From IMG/VR virus record IMGVR_UViG_3300020048_000002: 64,000 nucleotides of DNA. The stretch is one strand, 5' to 3'. The first letter of the stretch is position 1. Each line of letters starts with the position of its first letter. The stretch comes from a virus. Taxonomy: Duplodnaviria; Caudoviricetes. The position numbers and the translations under genes were made by a program. Positions 1 to 9,954 of the stretch are shown here, in pieces. Below the pieces are notes generated by a model. That model worked only from the letters and a program-made list of their open reading frames with translations, did not search any database and was not told where the DNA came from.

Positions 1-373
1 GAGCCTCGTAGGGCTCTTCGATCCCGTGCATGAAATCAACAAGATCCACCCGTGGAGGGGCAGTCTCGGTCAACGGGATTTGCGCCACTCGAAGGTAGTC
101 CCCTGGCAGGATGTCCTTCGCCTCTAGTTCGAGGGGCTCTTCACCTCGGAGCACGGGGTAGCGGTGATCCGCCGTAGACCCAACGGGTTCATCGATCTTG
201 GCAACGTGGAGAAGCGTAATCTCCTCCGATACGGGTCGAGCCCCTACCTCAAACTCACGCCAAGCTCCCGTATGGGAGAGCACGAGATCCGTGTCGGGGT
301 CTAGATCCTCGATAGGAACCTGCTGCACAACTCCGTCCCGCCGCACAAGCACGGGCGTCCCCTCAACGTGACA
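1..373 (-). mobile_element. N-terminal part of the intein in the portal gene
   Basis: Block A CHVEGTPVLVRRDG...VPIEDL and block B GSTADHRYPV, followed by AKDILPGDYL. Confidence 0.85.
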
Positions 374-1378
374 ACGGTCAAGGATACTAGAACCGATGTC
401 CTCTCCGGCCCCACGGCGACCCGCTAACATGTAGGCAAACGAGCCTTCGTCAGGGTCGGTCCCGAGTGGAATCAACTGGCTAGAGGCGATGTAGTCCCGA
501 ACTTCGTGGGGGATCTCATCTACCATCTCCTCGGCGATCGGATCCCCTTGCGCCGCACGTTCGATCAACGCTCGATCACGGTCGCTCGGGATGAGTTCGA
601 GCCGCACCTTGTCGGTGTAGTTGAACGTCGTGATCTTCACTTGATCGATGGGGAAAACCAAGAGGCGATCCCACCCCTGGTAGTGCTTCTGGTAGTACCG
701 AAGCTCCTCATCCTCGCGATTGGGCTTCTCGACCCAAGCGACGTCCTCTTGTTCTTTCGCCTCACCGTCATCCGTTAGGACAGACTTTTTGAGGACCTGC
801 TTCTCGTACCCAACGTCGTTCGGGACGTGGACTTCGGAATCCTCAGCAAACGCGATGACCGTTCCGTCGAGCCAGTAGTGGTGAACGAGCGTAATCAGCC
901 GGTGAAAGAGCTTGACCCTCTTCGTCATCCGCTCGAAAAACGTGAGGATGTACTTGCCGTAGTCCTCAACGGAATCGAATCCGGGCGGGCAGATGCGGGG
1001 CTTCGGTGCGGCCAACCGTACCTTCGAGAGCGGAAGCTCCGTGTGAAGGTCGATGGCCTGAGCCACCATCTCGTCGGTGTTGTAGAAGTGCCGGTAAATC
1101 TCTCGCTTCTCGCGAAGCGATTGCGGCAGTTCAAGGAAGTCGGTCGAAAGCTGGGGAGAGAAGAAGCTCTGGTTGCCCGACAGGACCGTGTTGGTGCCGA
1201 TGTCGCCGCCGTACATGGCGGTCTTGCCCCGGTATTGCTGCCGAGCCGCCCTCTCCTTGTCGGTCAAGGGCATGACACCACCCGAACCGACCTTGGAGAC
1301 ATACGGGGTCGATCGAACAGATGTCGTGGGGCGCGACTGCCCCGAAGACCTAACATTGGTGAATTTACCTTGCGGCAT
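1..1378 (-). CDS. Probable portal protein containing an intein, truncated by the window edge
   Basis: Not in the ORF track. Manual translation from ATG 1378 is open to base 1 (MPQGKF...YRHFYNTDEMVAQAIDLHTELPLSK...SSILDR|CHVEGTPV...). It resembles large-phage portals and lies near terL. Confidence 0.65.
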   Translation of the reverse strand, partial: MPQGKFTNVRSSGQSRPTTSVRSTPYVSKVGSGGVMPLTDKERAARQQYRGKTAMYGGDIGTNTVLSGNQSFFSPQLSTDFLELPQSLREKREIYRHFYNTDEMVAQAIDLHTELPLSKVRLAAPKPRICPPGFDSVEDYGKYILTFFERMTKRVKLFHRLITLVHHYWLDGTVIAFAEDSEVHVPNDVGYEKQVLKKSVLTDDGEAKEQEDVAWVEKPNREDEELRYYQKHYQGWDRLLVFPIDQVKITTFNYTDKVRLELIPSDRDRALIERAAQGDPIAEEMVDEIPHEVRDYIASSQLIPLGTDPDEGSFAYMLAGRRGAGEDIGSSILDRCHVEGTPVLVRRDGVVQQVPIEDLDPDTDLVLSHTGAWREFEVGARPVSEEITLLHVAKIDEPVGSTADHRYPVLRGEEPLELEAKDILPGDYLRVAQIPLTETAPPRVDLVDFMHGIEEPYEA

Positions 1379-1793
1379 GGTTCACCATCTCCTCTCCATA
1401 CAAGGAAATAAGATCGGTATCTGTGGTCACCGATCTTCTCCCCTCGCGGGCCAAACGAGCCCGTTCCTTCTGCGCTTGCCGTTGAGCGGCATCCTCTGCC
1501 TCTACACGATCTCGATGGATCGCGGCTACGAGACGGTTCACCCCCGCAGTCCGTCGAATCCCTCCGTCCACCATCGACCCGAAACGTGTCCAGGCGTTCG
1601 CGTAGGCGACGTACCGGCTCGTGTAGTCATCAACAGGAGACTTGCGAACCCGCTGATAGAGCGTCTGAGACAGCTCCACCATGCGAGAAGCCAGCTTCTC
1701 CATGTCCTCCCGGACGGATTGAATCTCACGCACCAAGTCCTCATGGTCTTGGTGCGAAGAAGTCGGGTTGGATTTCGGCTCTTGGGGCATCAC
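1365..1793 (-). CDS. Hypothetical helical protein
   Basis: 142-aa ORF overlapping both neighbours. Confidence 0.7.
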   Translation of the reverse strand: MMPQEPKSNPTSSHQDHEDLVREIQSVREDMEKLASRMVELSQTLYQRVRKSPVDDYTSRYVAYANAWTRFGSMVDGGIRRTAGVNRLVAAIHRDRVEAEDAAQRQAQKERARLAREGRRSVTTDTDLISLYGEEMVNHAAR

Positions 1794-2308
1794 ATCGATG
1801 TCTGTACGCCGAGAAACTGACGGTTCGAGGGCTTGGGCACTTGCGCCACAAACCCCGTGTAAAATGCGGGAGCCAAGAGATTGCCCGAGAGGGTCAGCTC
1901 GTCCTCTTTCGTCCAGAGGCCCCGGAGGGACAAGTAGAGCACGTCATTCGGCCCGTAAGCAAGAGGGACGAGAGGCCCTCCTCCAATGCGGCTGGCATAC
2001 GTGTACCGCTCGTAGGAGGAGGTCAGCATCAAACACCCTCCTGAAAACATCGTGGCTTCACGATAGACCACTTGATTCCGAGTCGTGCTGACGAACCTAT
2101 CTCCAGTCTCGTCAGAACCCCAAACAAGGAACCCGCCGTACAGGCCGTTCGAGTACGTCACCGTCCGTACGTCGGGCACCACCCCAACCCACTGGACACC
2201 CTGCCCTCCGGGCCACCCACCCTGAGCCATGGCTGAGTCTACGGCAACAGTCTGCCGGTCCCCGTAGTAGAGGACAACGCAATCACGGCTACGAAGAATC
2301 TCGGCCAT
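1790..2308 (-). CDS. Putative virion protein, paralog of 2311-2832
   Basis: Shares GQGVQWV, WGSDE, YExYTYxSRIGGGPLVPL and SLRGxWTKEDE with its neighbour. Confidence 0.7.
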   Translation of the reverse strand: MAEILRSRDCVVLYYGDRQTVAVDSAMAQGGWPGGQGVQWVGVVPDVRTVTYSNGLYGGFLVWGSDETGDRFVSTTRNQVVYREATMFSGGCLMLTSSYERYTYASRIGGGPLVPLAYGPNDVLYLSLRGLWTKEDELTLSGNLLAPAFYTGFVAQVPKPSNRQFLGVQTSM

Positions 2309-2310
2309 GG

Positions 2311-2832
2311 TCAGACACTCACTTGCACGGTCAAGTAGTCACTTGTCGTTGCACTCGGAGCTTGTACCACGAAACCAATGTAGAAGCTGTTGGGGGCTCT
2401 CGGGTCTCCCGATAGCGTCCACTCATCTTCTTTCGTCCAGTATCCCCGAAGGCTGAACACAAGCCGGTCACTCGCGTTGTACGTGAGAGGTACAAGCGGA
2501 CCGCCCCCAATACGGCTCAGGTAGGTGTACTTTTCGTAGGTACTTGTCGAGATGACCCAACCCCCAGCCCCCAAGACGAGATAACGGTACGTCGGAAACT
2601 GGCGAGTCATGCTCGTGTACTGGTCGCTCGACTCGTCCGACCCCCACAGGGCGAACCCAGCGTAGTACCCGTCCGACTGCCTTACCGTAGGGAGATCCCC
2701 ACTTGCCGCTACCCACTGAACTCCCTGACCCCCTCGCCAGCCAGAGGCAGCCAGCGTCGCATCGACGGCGACGGCGTAGGCATCCCCCTTCACGAGGATG
2801 ATCGAATCACGGGTGCGAACCAAGTCCGTCAT
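2311..2832 (-). CDS. Putative virion protein, paralog of 1790-2308
   Basis: Tandem paralog in the head module. Confidence 0.7.
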   Translation of the reverse strand: MTDLVRTRDSIILVKGDAYAVAVDATLAASGWRGGQGVQWVAASGDLPTVRQSDGYYAGFALWGSDESSDQYTSMTRQFPTYRYLVLGAGGWVISTSTYEKYTYLSRIGGGPLVPLTYNASDRLVFSLRGYWTKEDEWTLSGDPRAPNSFYIGFVVQAPSATTSDYLTVQVSV

Positions 2833-3086
2833 CAGATGGCCTCGTCCGTCTTGTTCCTACGTCCGGGCGCTTGACCCCACTGAATGACCACCTGTTTCAG
2901 CAACTCAAGCTGAGGCAGCGAACCGCTGCTCACTTGAACCCACTCACCCCCTAGTGAGCGAAAAGCTGTTCGCATCACCATAAAGTCGTGCTTTTCGACG
3001 ATCAGATCCTCCCCAAGCAGGTGATCCACGATTTGTCGAATCACCCGGTTTGCGAAGACCTTGGGGACGTTCGTACTCTCGTCCAT
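2832..3086 (-). CDS. Hypothetical protein
   Basis: 84-aa ORF whose stop overlaps the next start. Confidence 0.6.
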   Translation of the reverse strand: MDESTNVPKVFANRVIRQIVDHLLGEDLIVEKHDFMVMRTAFRSLGGEWVQVSSGSLPQLELLKQVVIQWGQAPGRRNKTDEAI

Positions 3087-3112
3087 ACTACCAAGGATCG
3101 GGGAAAAGGGCT

Positions 3113-5122
3113 TTACCGACCACGACCACGCAGCGAGCTAAAACCACCCGTCCGTTTCGGGGCCGATCGATCCGAGCCCCCGTGGAACTTGGCTCGGTTC
3201 ATCTGGTACCTGGTGAGCGACATCGTGTTGCCCCCAACGGCCCCGTAGCCCATCGGGTGCGTAGACATCGTGACTTTGGACGTGGAAAGCCGCTGAGTAG
3301 ACAGCCAGACCGAACGAACAAATGCGTCCGCCTGATCGTCATGGTAGCCGCCGTTTGGAGGAGCCGCCACCATGACAACGTTCTTGCTCGACTGCTCCGC
3401 CTGAAGGGTCAAAAGCTCCTGAATGAACGGGGAGTGTCTCTTTTTGGACTCCTCTCCAACAGGCCAGTTGTAAAGCCGGAGCTTCCGGTCGAACATCATG
3501 AGCTTCGCGTTCTGGTAAATCTTGCTCGCGAAGTCGCGAGTGAAGAACTCCGACTTGAACTGGTTGAGCCCTTTCTTGCGGAGGGCCTGCTCTAGCGGGA
3601 TACCGTTCCAACGGTCGAAGATCCCTTCGACGATGAAGAACCGCTTGGTCAGACTGAAAATCCAGTTAGCAATCTCATCGAAATCCAGCCGCTCCACCTC
3701 AGCCAACCGACGAGCGTAGTCGCATGAGTACCCGGATAGGTGTGGGTTGGCTTGTTTCCAGTCGACCCCAGCATACCAAGTCTCGTGGTAGTCAAGGACG
3801 ATCTTGTCCCCATCGACGTGCGTGATGAAGATGCTCGTGCCGTCGTTCATGAGGCCGATGTCGATCCCCATCGAGTACGGGTATCGAGGAATGCCCATGT
3901 CCGCTGGCCGAAGGGTGGGGTCGATACAGTCAATGAGATCCACCTCACGCTCAATCCAGCCGCGAACACGGTCGGAGAACTGAGCCCCGTACTCCGTCAT
4001 GAAGGTCGCGGGGTCCGCGTGGTACTTCTGCCGGAGGAACTCGGGCTCGACCGTGGGGTTCACCTCCCAGGTCGGGGCCTGGATGGCGAGCATGTTGGCC
4101 GATCCTGGCCCGTTCGACATCGCCAAGTGGTAGAGTTCATAGAACTTTCCCGACTTGTTGAGCGGTGAGGAGATGCAGATGATCCGGGATTCGACCGGCC
4201 CGATGGGCACCGTCGTATCGGCAGGGTCCTTGGGGCTGAAAGCCAATGCCGATGGCGTGACCGCGTTGTAGATCTGCTCGGCCGACGAGTTCCCCTTGTC
4301 CTGAAAGTGGGCCATCTCGTCGAGGATGATGACGATGTTACCCGACCCACGGAGGCCCTTGGCGACACACGACTTGAAGGTGACCCTCATGGTCGCCTTA
4401 CCGTTGAAGGAGACGAACTTGCCGTTCTCGTGTCGCGCCGTCTCGCCGTACTTCTTGATGTCGTGCGGCGTTCGGAACTGAATGTGACTGAGGGTGTTGT
4501 TGGCGATGTAGGGCTTGAAGTACTCGCACCGGGAAAGGTGGGTCGTCACCTCGTTGAACAGGAGGCTCGCCTGATCCTTGTCGGTCGCAACCGAGATGAT
4601 CTGGATTCGGTTGCCGGACGGGAGGCCGTAGTAGCCCTGCGGGTGCTCTAGGTTTAGGAGCCGGTAGACCTCGTAGCTGGCAAAAATGCCGCTGAGAGTC
4701 GTCTTGCCTGCCCTTCTCCCGATACTGAGCAAAAGTTCACGTCTCTCGTGGTCTTGCTCCCCGATGTTGCAGCGTCCCTCGTTGTGGAGGTAGCGGACAT
4801 ACTCGGCCTCTGTGAAATGGTAGAGCACCTTGGTGCGGAACATGTCACGCACCTCGATGGTCTTGAGCTTATCGTCGAGCGGGATGTGGTAGTAGAGCTT
4901 GACGATGACGCGCTGTACAGGATACAGCCGCATCCCCAGACCCCACGACTGCTCAATGTAGTCGAGGACGTTGAAGATCGAGGGGCGCTTTGGACCTGAA
5001 GCGGCAACCGTTGAAGCGGGCTGCGCCGCCTGCTCAACGGTTGCTTTCGCCTGCTGCCCAGCCTGACGAATGAGCGAGGATAGAGCAGGGCCTTTGCTCC
5101 GCTCAGCCTTGGGGGCTGCCAT
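3113..5122 (-). CDS. terL: Terminase large subunit
   Basis: Walker A GRRAGKT, Walker B IIILDEMAHF-type motif, ISSP coupling motif, nuclease motifs GIDIG and HDDQADA. Confidence 0.92.
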   Translation of the reverse strand: MAAPKAERSKGPALSSLIRQAGQQAKATVEQAAQPASTVAASGPKRPSIFNVLDYIEQSWGLGMRLYPVQRVIVKLYYHIPLDDKLKTIEVRDMFRTKVLYHFTEAEYVRYLHNEGRCNIGEQDHERRELLLSIGRRAGKTTLSGIFASYEVYRLLNLEHPQGYYGLPSGNRIQIISVATDKDQASLLFNEVTTHLSRCEYFKPYIANNTLSHIQFRTPHDIKKYGETARHENGKFVSFNGKATMRVTFKSCVAKGLRGSGNIVIILDEMAHFQDKGNSSAEQIYNAVTPSALAFSPKDPADTTVPIGPVESRIICISSPLNKSGKFYELYHLAMSNGPGSANMLAIQAPTWEVNPTVEPEFLRQKYHADPATFMTEYGAQFSDRVRGWIEREVDLIDCIDPTLRPADMGIPRYPYSMGIDIGLMNDGTSIFITHVDGDKIVLDYHETWYAGVDWKQANPHLSGYSCDYARRLAEVERLDFDEIANWIFSLTKRFFIVEGIFDRWNGIPLEQALRKKGLNQFKSEFFTRDFASKIYQNAKLMMFDRKLRLYNWPVGEESKKRHSPFIQELLTLQAEQSSKNVVMVAAPPNGGYHDDQADAFVRSVWLSTQRLSTSKVTMSTHPMGYGAVGGNTMSLTRYQMNRAKFHGGSDRSAPKRTGGFSSLRGRGR

Positions 5123-5125
5123 GCA

Positions 5126-5809
5126 CTACCTCAATGCGTCGTTTGCGCGCTCTTCCCAACCCTCGATTTTTGTCGAGAAACGGTTGAAAAAGAGGTCGAT
5201 TTGCTCAGGGGTCAACGTGTCCGTTGCCGCCTCTCGCATGATCTCAATCCACAGGGCAAATACCTTCTGGAACTTCTCGGACCGGAGATCGATAGCGTCG
5301 GTGCCGAGCTTCTTGATCTCCATCTCAATGTTGGCGATCTTCGTTAGAGCGTCAACACGACGGGAGGATACTTGTGCGGTATCCTTGCCAAATTTCTCGT
5401 TCTCAATCCGCTGGAACTGTAATGCCGCAGCTTCCTTCGCAACTTCGGTGCGAATGATTTTGAGCATTTGCCCCGGATCAGAGGACGATCGAGCTGCCTG
5501 GACAAGCGTATCGGAGTCGATGAACTTGGCCTTCTCCTCGCTCATAAGAGCGTGGTACTGAAGGTCCGAGGTCGTCGGCATCCGTTCGACTTTACGGGGT
5601 CGGCCAGGCCCACGAGCTACCTTGAGGGCGTTCCCGCTCTTACCCTTGCCGCCCAAAGTAGGGGCGGCATGAACGGGCAGTAACTTCAAGACCGTATCTG
5701 CCCGCTTTTTCTCCGTTGCCCCCGGCTTGCTCTCTGCTCCCATTGGATCTTCATCTTCGGAATCGAAGTCATCCGATTCCATATCATCATCATCTTCTTC
5801 TGATTTCAT
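5126..5809 (-). CDS. AT-hook DNA-binding protein, candidate terminase small subunit
   Basis: GPGRPRK AT-hook, acidic N-terminus, helical C-terminus; directly upstream of terL. Confidence 0.45.
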   Translation of the reverse strand: MKSEEDDDDMESDDFDSEDEDPMGAESKPGATEKKRADTVLKLLPVHAAPTLGGKGKSGNALKVARGPGRPRKVERMPTTSDLQYHALMSEEKAKFIDSDTLVQAARSSSDPGQMLKIIRTEVAKEAAALQFQRIENEKFGKDTAQVSSRRVDALTKIANIEMEIKKLGTDAIDLRSEKFQKVFALWIEIMREAATDTLTPEQIDLFFNRFSTKIEGWEERANDALR

Positions 5810-6195
5810 TATTCTCTCCCAACAGGTTCCGTGCCCCCACCCCCCTCTGTACGGATGAGATACTGAGATAGGTTGGACACGGTATCATAACCCTTGTCCT
5901 TGGGTACCTGCTTGTCGATGGCCTTCTGGAGATCACGACCCGTCTCCGCGAAGTTCCGTACCCCCATCTGAGCCGGGGTGCCAGCGAACACGTCCTCGGG
6001 CCGGATGTCCCGCTTGTGATCCTTCACGGTGTCCTCGCGATGGTTCACGCCTCGGGCGTGCTCCTTCACGATGTCCTTGTCGATGCCCTTCGGTTTGTTG
6101 ATGGGGTGCGTGTGCTTGACCGCTTCCTGCCGGGCCTTGGGAGGTTGGTCGGCCTGGAGGAAGCGGGCTACAACCCGACGGGCCATCAAAGTCAC
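5809..6195 (-). CDS. Hypothetical protein, possibly virion-associated
   Basis: 128 aa with N-terminal MARRVVARFL motif. Confidence 0.65.
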   Translation of the reverse strand: MTLMARRVVARFLQADQPPKARQEAVKHTHPINKPKGIDKDIVKEHARGVNHREDTVKDHKRDIRPEDVFAGTPAQMGVRNFAETGRDLQKAIDKQVPKDKGYDTVSNLSQYLIRTEGGGGTEPVGRE

Positions 6196-8156
6196 AGCTT
6201 GACTCCCTGACCGGCTGAGCCGAACTCGACACCGAGAGTCTCAGCTACCTTCACGGGGTCGAGTTCAACATCGAGCCCACCGTGCTGGAGTTGGTACTCG
6301 GCCATCATCGTAAGGCCGTTGTTCATGAGGCTCTCGTAGCTGACCTCCGTGGCCTTACCCGACGCCAACACCTCACGCTGCTGGGCCGCCTTGTTGATGT
6401 ACGGAGGCTCTTCAACAAGTTGCTTGCCTACGACCGAACAGAAGCCTGGCTTGTTCTGGTGGACGCACGAGCCACACTTCGACCCCTGCTTGATGTAAGG
6501 GACGAGGCGCGAACGGTGGAGGCTTGCAGCCTCCTTGCATCCCTTGCCGTAGTCATCGTAAACGGTGGGATCGACGTAGTGGATGCCCTGAAGGCCCTGC
6601 TCCGCAATAACGGGACGGAGTTCGTTGACGGCAGCCGTCAATTCAAAGGTCTGAAACCGAGACTTGAGCGAGGCCAGTAGGTCGGCTCCATAGAGCCCCT
6701 CGTTCAAGAAGCGGCGGGCAGTCTTTACAATCTCACGCTTCTTGGGGTCCTCCCAAGGAAGGGCGTTCTCACCGACTCGGTTCATCGTATGGGCTTGAAC
6801 CAAGGATTGCGCCATCCGGGTTGCGGGAGTCTGTTGTTGCTGGACGACATGAGCCCTAGCGAGCTTGTTCATGCTTGCCAGCATGGTCCGATGCGTCTGA
6901 CCCTCAGCCAGTGCAGACGACACGTCCAACCCAGCGGCACGGTACTCCGAGGCTGCCTTCTGAACGGCTTCTTCTGTGTAGAGGTCCGATGCCTCTTTCA
7001 CGAGGGGCTTGCCGTACATGAGGCAACGGGCCATCTTGTTGTAGATACACCCGGAGCATTTTGAGCCCGCCACAACCCCACGGATTCCAGGGTTGTGGGT
7101 AGCCAAGAAATCGGCCCCGTCGCGACAATCGGAGAAGCTGTCCTGCGTCGAGTAGACGAAACCGTAGAGACCCGCCTCCTTGAGAAGGGGGCGCAAGTGC
7201 TCCGACATCGCCTGGATGTCAGTCGATTGTGCCGCGTGCTTTAGCACGGACACCAACTCTTGCTCCCCTCGCCCCTTCAGCATCTCTCGGCGAACAAGGG
7301 CCACGAGAGATTCACGGGCCGACTTGCCCACGGGCGCAACGTAGTCCGTTCGAACTTGTTCCGCCTGACGCATGAGACGGGCAACGTTGTCGACGGGCTT
7401 CGGGGCTACGACATGCTCAGGCTTGAAGTCGTCTGCCAACATAGCGAGCCGTACCCGCTTCTTGGGCTCAACTCCAGCGACCACTTCAACGACCTTTCCC
7501 TTGGCCCTCTGCGTTTGCTCGACCTTGTCGGCAAGAGCATCGGAGTAAGGGACCTCCAGCTTGATTTCCTTGTGGAATACCGAGCAGGTGGTCTTGCCGG
7601 TCACACCCGACGAAGCGTGAACGCAGTTGCCACACTCAGCCTTAGCGACAACGAACTGTGCGTCGCCAGCATATCGACGAACGAAGTCAACAGGCTTTTT
7701 CGACCCCGTGTGGCAACCGGGGAAATCAGCCGCTTCGATGTACACCTTGCCTAGCAGGCCACGCTCTGCGAGAACGCTGGCAAGAACGCCCTTAGCGGCC
7801 TGAAGGCTCTCACGGTCAAAACGCTTGAGAAGAGCCTCCCGGAAGTGGCCGTGATCCAAGCTCTGCATTAGCGTGAGCCGAGCGACCTTACGGATGTCCT
7901 CGGGCTTGGCCCGAAGATGACCGTGCTCTTGGGACATGTCCCCCATCGTGTGCGGGAGGCTACCCTTGTTCTCGACATAGGACGAAGCGGGCTTGTCCTC
8001 GTGGCTCCAGAGAGCTTCGAGGTCCGGCACCACGTCAAGGTTCTGCTTCGGCAACGTATCTTGTGCGCGATACTCGGCCGGATCGACCTCCAACCAGTCG
8101 AGGTTGGGGACCGAGCCCCCCTTCAGAAACGCGCCTAGATCACCAAGGTCAGCCAT
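6192..8156 (-). CDS. Protein with three repeats of a four-cysteine domain
   Basis: 654 aa with three ExGLxGxxY...C...CxxC...C units. Confidence 0.75.
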   Translation of the reverse strand: MADLGDLGAFLKGGSVPNLDWLEVDPAEYRAQDTLPKQNLDVVPDLEALWSHEDKPASSYVENKGSLPHTMGDMSQEHGHLRAKPEDIRKVARLTLMQSLDHGHFREALLKRFDRESLQAAKGVLASVLAERGLLGKVYIEAADFPGCHTGSKKPVDFVRRYAGDAQFVVAKAECGNCVHASSGVTGKTTCSVFHKEIKLEVPYSDALADKVEQTQRAKGKVVEVVAGVEPKKRVRLAMLADDFKPEHVVAPKPVDNVARLMRQAEQVRTDYVAPVGKSARESLVALVRREMLKGRGEQELVSVLKHAAQSTDIQAMSEHLRPLLKEAGLYGFVYSTQDSFSDCRDGADFLATHNPGIRGVVAGSKCSGCIYNKMARCLMYGKPLVKEASDLYTEEAVQKAASEYRAAGLDVSSALAEGQTHRTMLASMNKLARAHVVQQQQTPATRMAQSLVQAHTMNRVGENALPWEDPKKREIVKTARRFLNEGLYGADLLASLKSRFQTFELTAAVNELRPVIAEQGLQGIHYVDPTVYDDYGKGCKEAASLHRSRLVPYIKQGSKCGSCVHQNKPGFCSVVGKQLVEEPPYINKAAQQREVLASGKATEVSYESLMNNGLTMMAEYQLQHGGLDVELDPVKVAETLGVEFGSAGQGVKL

Positions 8157-8165
8157 GTCGTCCTC

Positions 8166-9671
8166 TCACTTCCTGTATGGACCCTGGATAGGATCTCGCT
8201 GGTGCATCCAATCCGGCCGCATCTGGGTGGTAGTGTAGTCGTACTTCACGTACGGTACGTCGGGTTGTTCATACTTGTATCCCAGGTTTGGTCCCGGCGA
8301 TCGGTACGAGTTGTACCCAGAGTTGCCACCGTCTCCCGGAAGCTCGGAGCCGCCGACAACCACATCAAGATCGTTGCCCTTGGGTCCAGCGTAGTAGTCC
8401 GACCGGGCAACCGGATCGAGTACGTCCAAAGGCATCAAGGCAGAGGACATCACGGGCATACCCATGCCCGACGTGGCCCGCTCCGTAATCGCAGTCGAGT
8501 CGCTCTCGGTGTCCCGTGTCTTACCCCCGGGGTCCCAAGGGAGCCCAGACCGAGGCCCGTACACACCACGCGATCCGGACGAAGGGTTGCTCTCTCCGTA
8601 ACCCCCAGCACCTTGCCCGTGTGCATCGTCTCCGTTGCCACGACCGATACCAAAGTCGAACCCCTCTGTTGCGGTAGGGTCCGTGTTTGAGTCGGGGAGA
8701 TTGGACTTTGCGGCCTTGCCCGAGAAGTTGTTTTCCCACTCGGAGGGATAGATGTAGTCGTTTCCGACCCCCTCGTCACGGCTCCAAGCATCCCCAGTCG
8801 GAAGGCTCTCTTCTCGGTTGTACGAACCGAACGGGCCTTGGGCGTCACCTCGGTCGAGGTGATCAACCCGTGGACCCGGGAGCGAGTTGACGGGCAGGGA
8901 GGAGTTGGCCGTCCGGTTGTAGCTGTAGCCCGCCTGCTTCATTTGGGGGCGGCCCGTGCGAGCGGGGTTAGGCCCTTGGCTGTCAGCGGGTCCTCCACCA
9001 CGAGGGAGCTTCGATCCCTTAGAGGAGTCCTCTTCGTTGCGGAAACGACTGGGCGACCAAGCGGAGGGCTCAGAGCGAGCCGGTTCCTCCGACTCGACTT
9101 CCTCCATGTCCTCCTCAGCTTCGCCTTCGGGGTCCTCCATGTAGTCCGTGGCGTCGCTAAGGAGACGCTTCAGCTCGGAAACGTCCTGCTTCTCAAGATC
9201 CGCTAGCTTCGGCTTCCAGTGTGGGGCGTTGACCTCATCGTAGATCGCATCGCAGATCGTCGAGAGGTGCTCACTCGCCTCAAATAGCTTCGCCCGGATG
9301 TCTTTGACACCCATCACGTAGCCCTGACCTCCAACGAGGCCATCGGGCGAAAAGGCCACTGACTTGAGTCGGCTGAACTGTCGGTGTGCCGTGAGGGTGT
9401 GGCCTAGAGCTACGCTAGTGGCCCACAGCATCTTCACCAACGGCTTCATCGCCTTGGGGTCGAAGTTGTGGCTAACGGGGATTTTGCGGCGTGAAGGGTT
9501 GTTGAACTCCTTCTTGTGAGGAGGGGTGTACTCCCCTCCCTCGGCTGCCGTGCGAACAATCGGGCCAGGGATCAAGTCCACGACATTGCCCACGCGATCG
9601 TAGACGGGGGTGACAGAACGATGCTCCGCAACCTCGCCGAAAGCCTGCCGAACTTTTTCCTTGGCGCTCAT
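8166..9671 (-). CDS. Hypothetical protein with a long low-complexity C-terminus
   Basis: 501 aa; helical N-domain and G/S/P/D-rich tail. Confidence 0.7.
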   Translation of the reverse strand: MSAKEKVRQAFGEVAEHRSVTPVYDRVGNVVDLIPGPIVRTAAEGGEYTPPHKKEFNNPSRRKIPVSHNFDPKAMKPLVKMLWATSVALGHTLTAHRQFSRLKSVAFSPDGLVGGQGYVMGVKDIRAKLFEASEHLSTICDAIYDEVNAPHWKPKLADLEKQDVSELKRLLSDATDYMEDPEGEAEEDMEEVESEEPARSEPSAWSPSRFRNEEDSSKGSKLPRGGGPADSQGPNPARTGRPQMKQAGYSYNRTANSSLPVNSLPGPRVDHLDRGDAQGPFGSYNREESLPTGDAWSRDEGVGNDYIYPSEWENNFSGKAAKSNLPDSNTDPTATEGFDFGIGRGNGDDAHGQGAGGYGESNPSSGSRGVYGPRSGLPWDPGGKTRDTESDSTAITERATSGMGMPVMSSALMPLDVLDPVARSDYYAGPKGNDLDVVVGGSELPGDGGNSGYNSYRSPGPNLGYKYEQPDVPYVKYDYTTTQMRPDWMHQRDPIQGPYRK

Positions 9672-9674
9672 TGC

Positions 9675-9947
9675 TCAACCCTTTAGAGGTTCGCCGTTTT
9701 CGTCGAAGAGGCGCTCAATGTAAAACTGACCATCCGCTTCCTTCTGGAGCGACCAGAGGTCTCGATTGGACTTGTGGATGAGCGTTTCCGTCGAGAGACG
9801 AGTGAAGGATTGCAGTTGCCCGACGGAAGCCACACGCACACGAGCCGCCTTTTGCAGGGGCTTCACCATGGCAGGATTTCGCTCGAAAAGAGCGTCAAGC
9901 CCTGTAGCTCCGGACACTTCCATCTGGCCTAAATCGAATCGTGCCAT
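9675..9947 (-). CDS. Hypothetical protein
   Basis: 90 aa with GAGG SD upstream. Confidence 0.65.
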   Translation of the reverse strand: MARFDLGQMEVSGATGLDALFERNPAMVKPLQKAARVRVASVGQLQSFTRLSTETLIHKSNRDLWSLQKEADGQFYIERLFDENGEPLKG

Positions 9948-9954
9948 GTCAACC

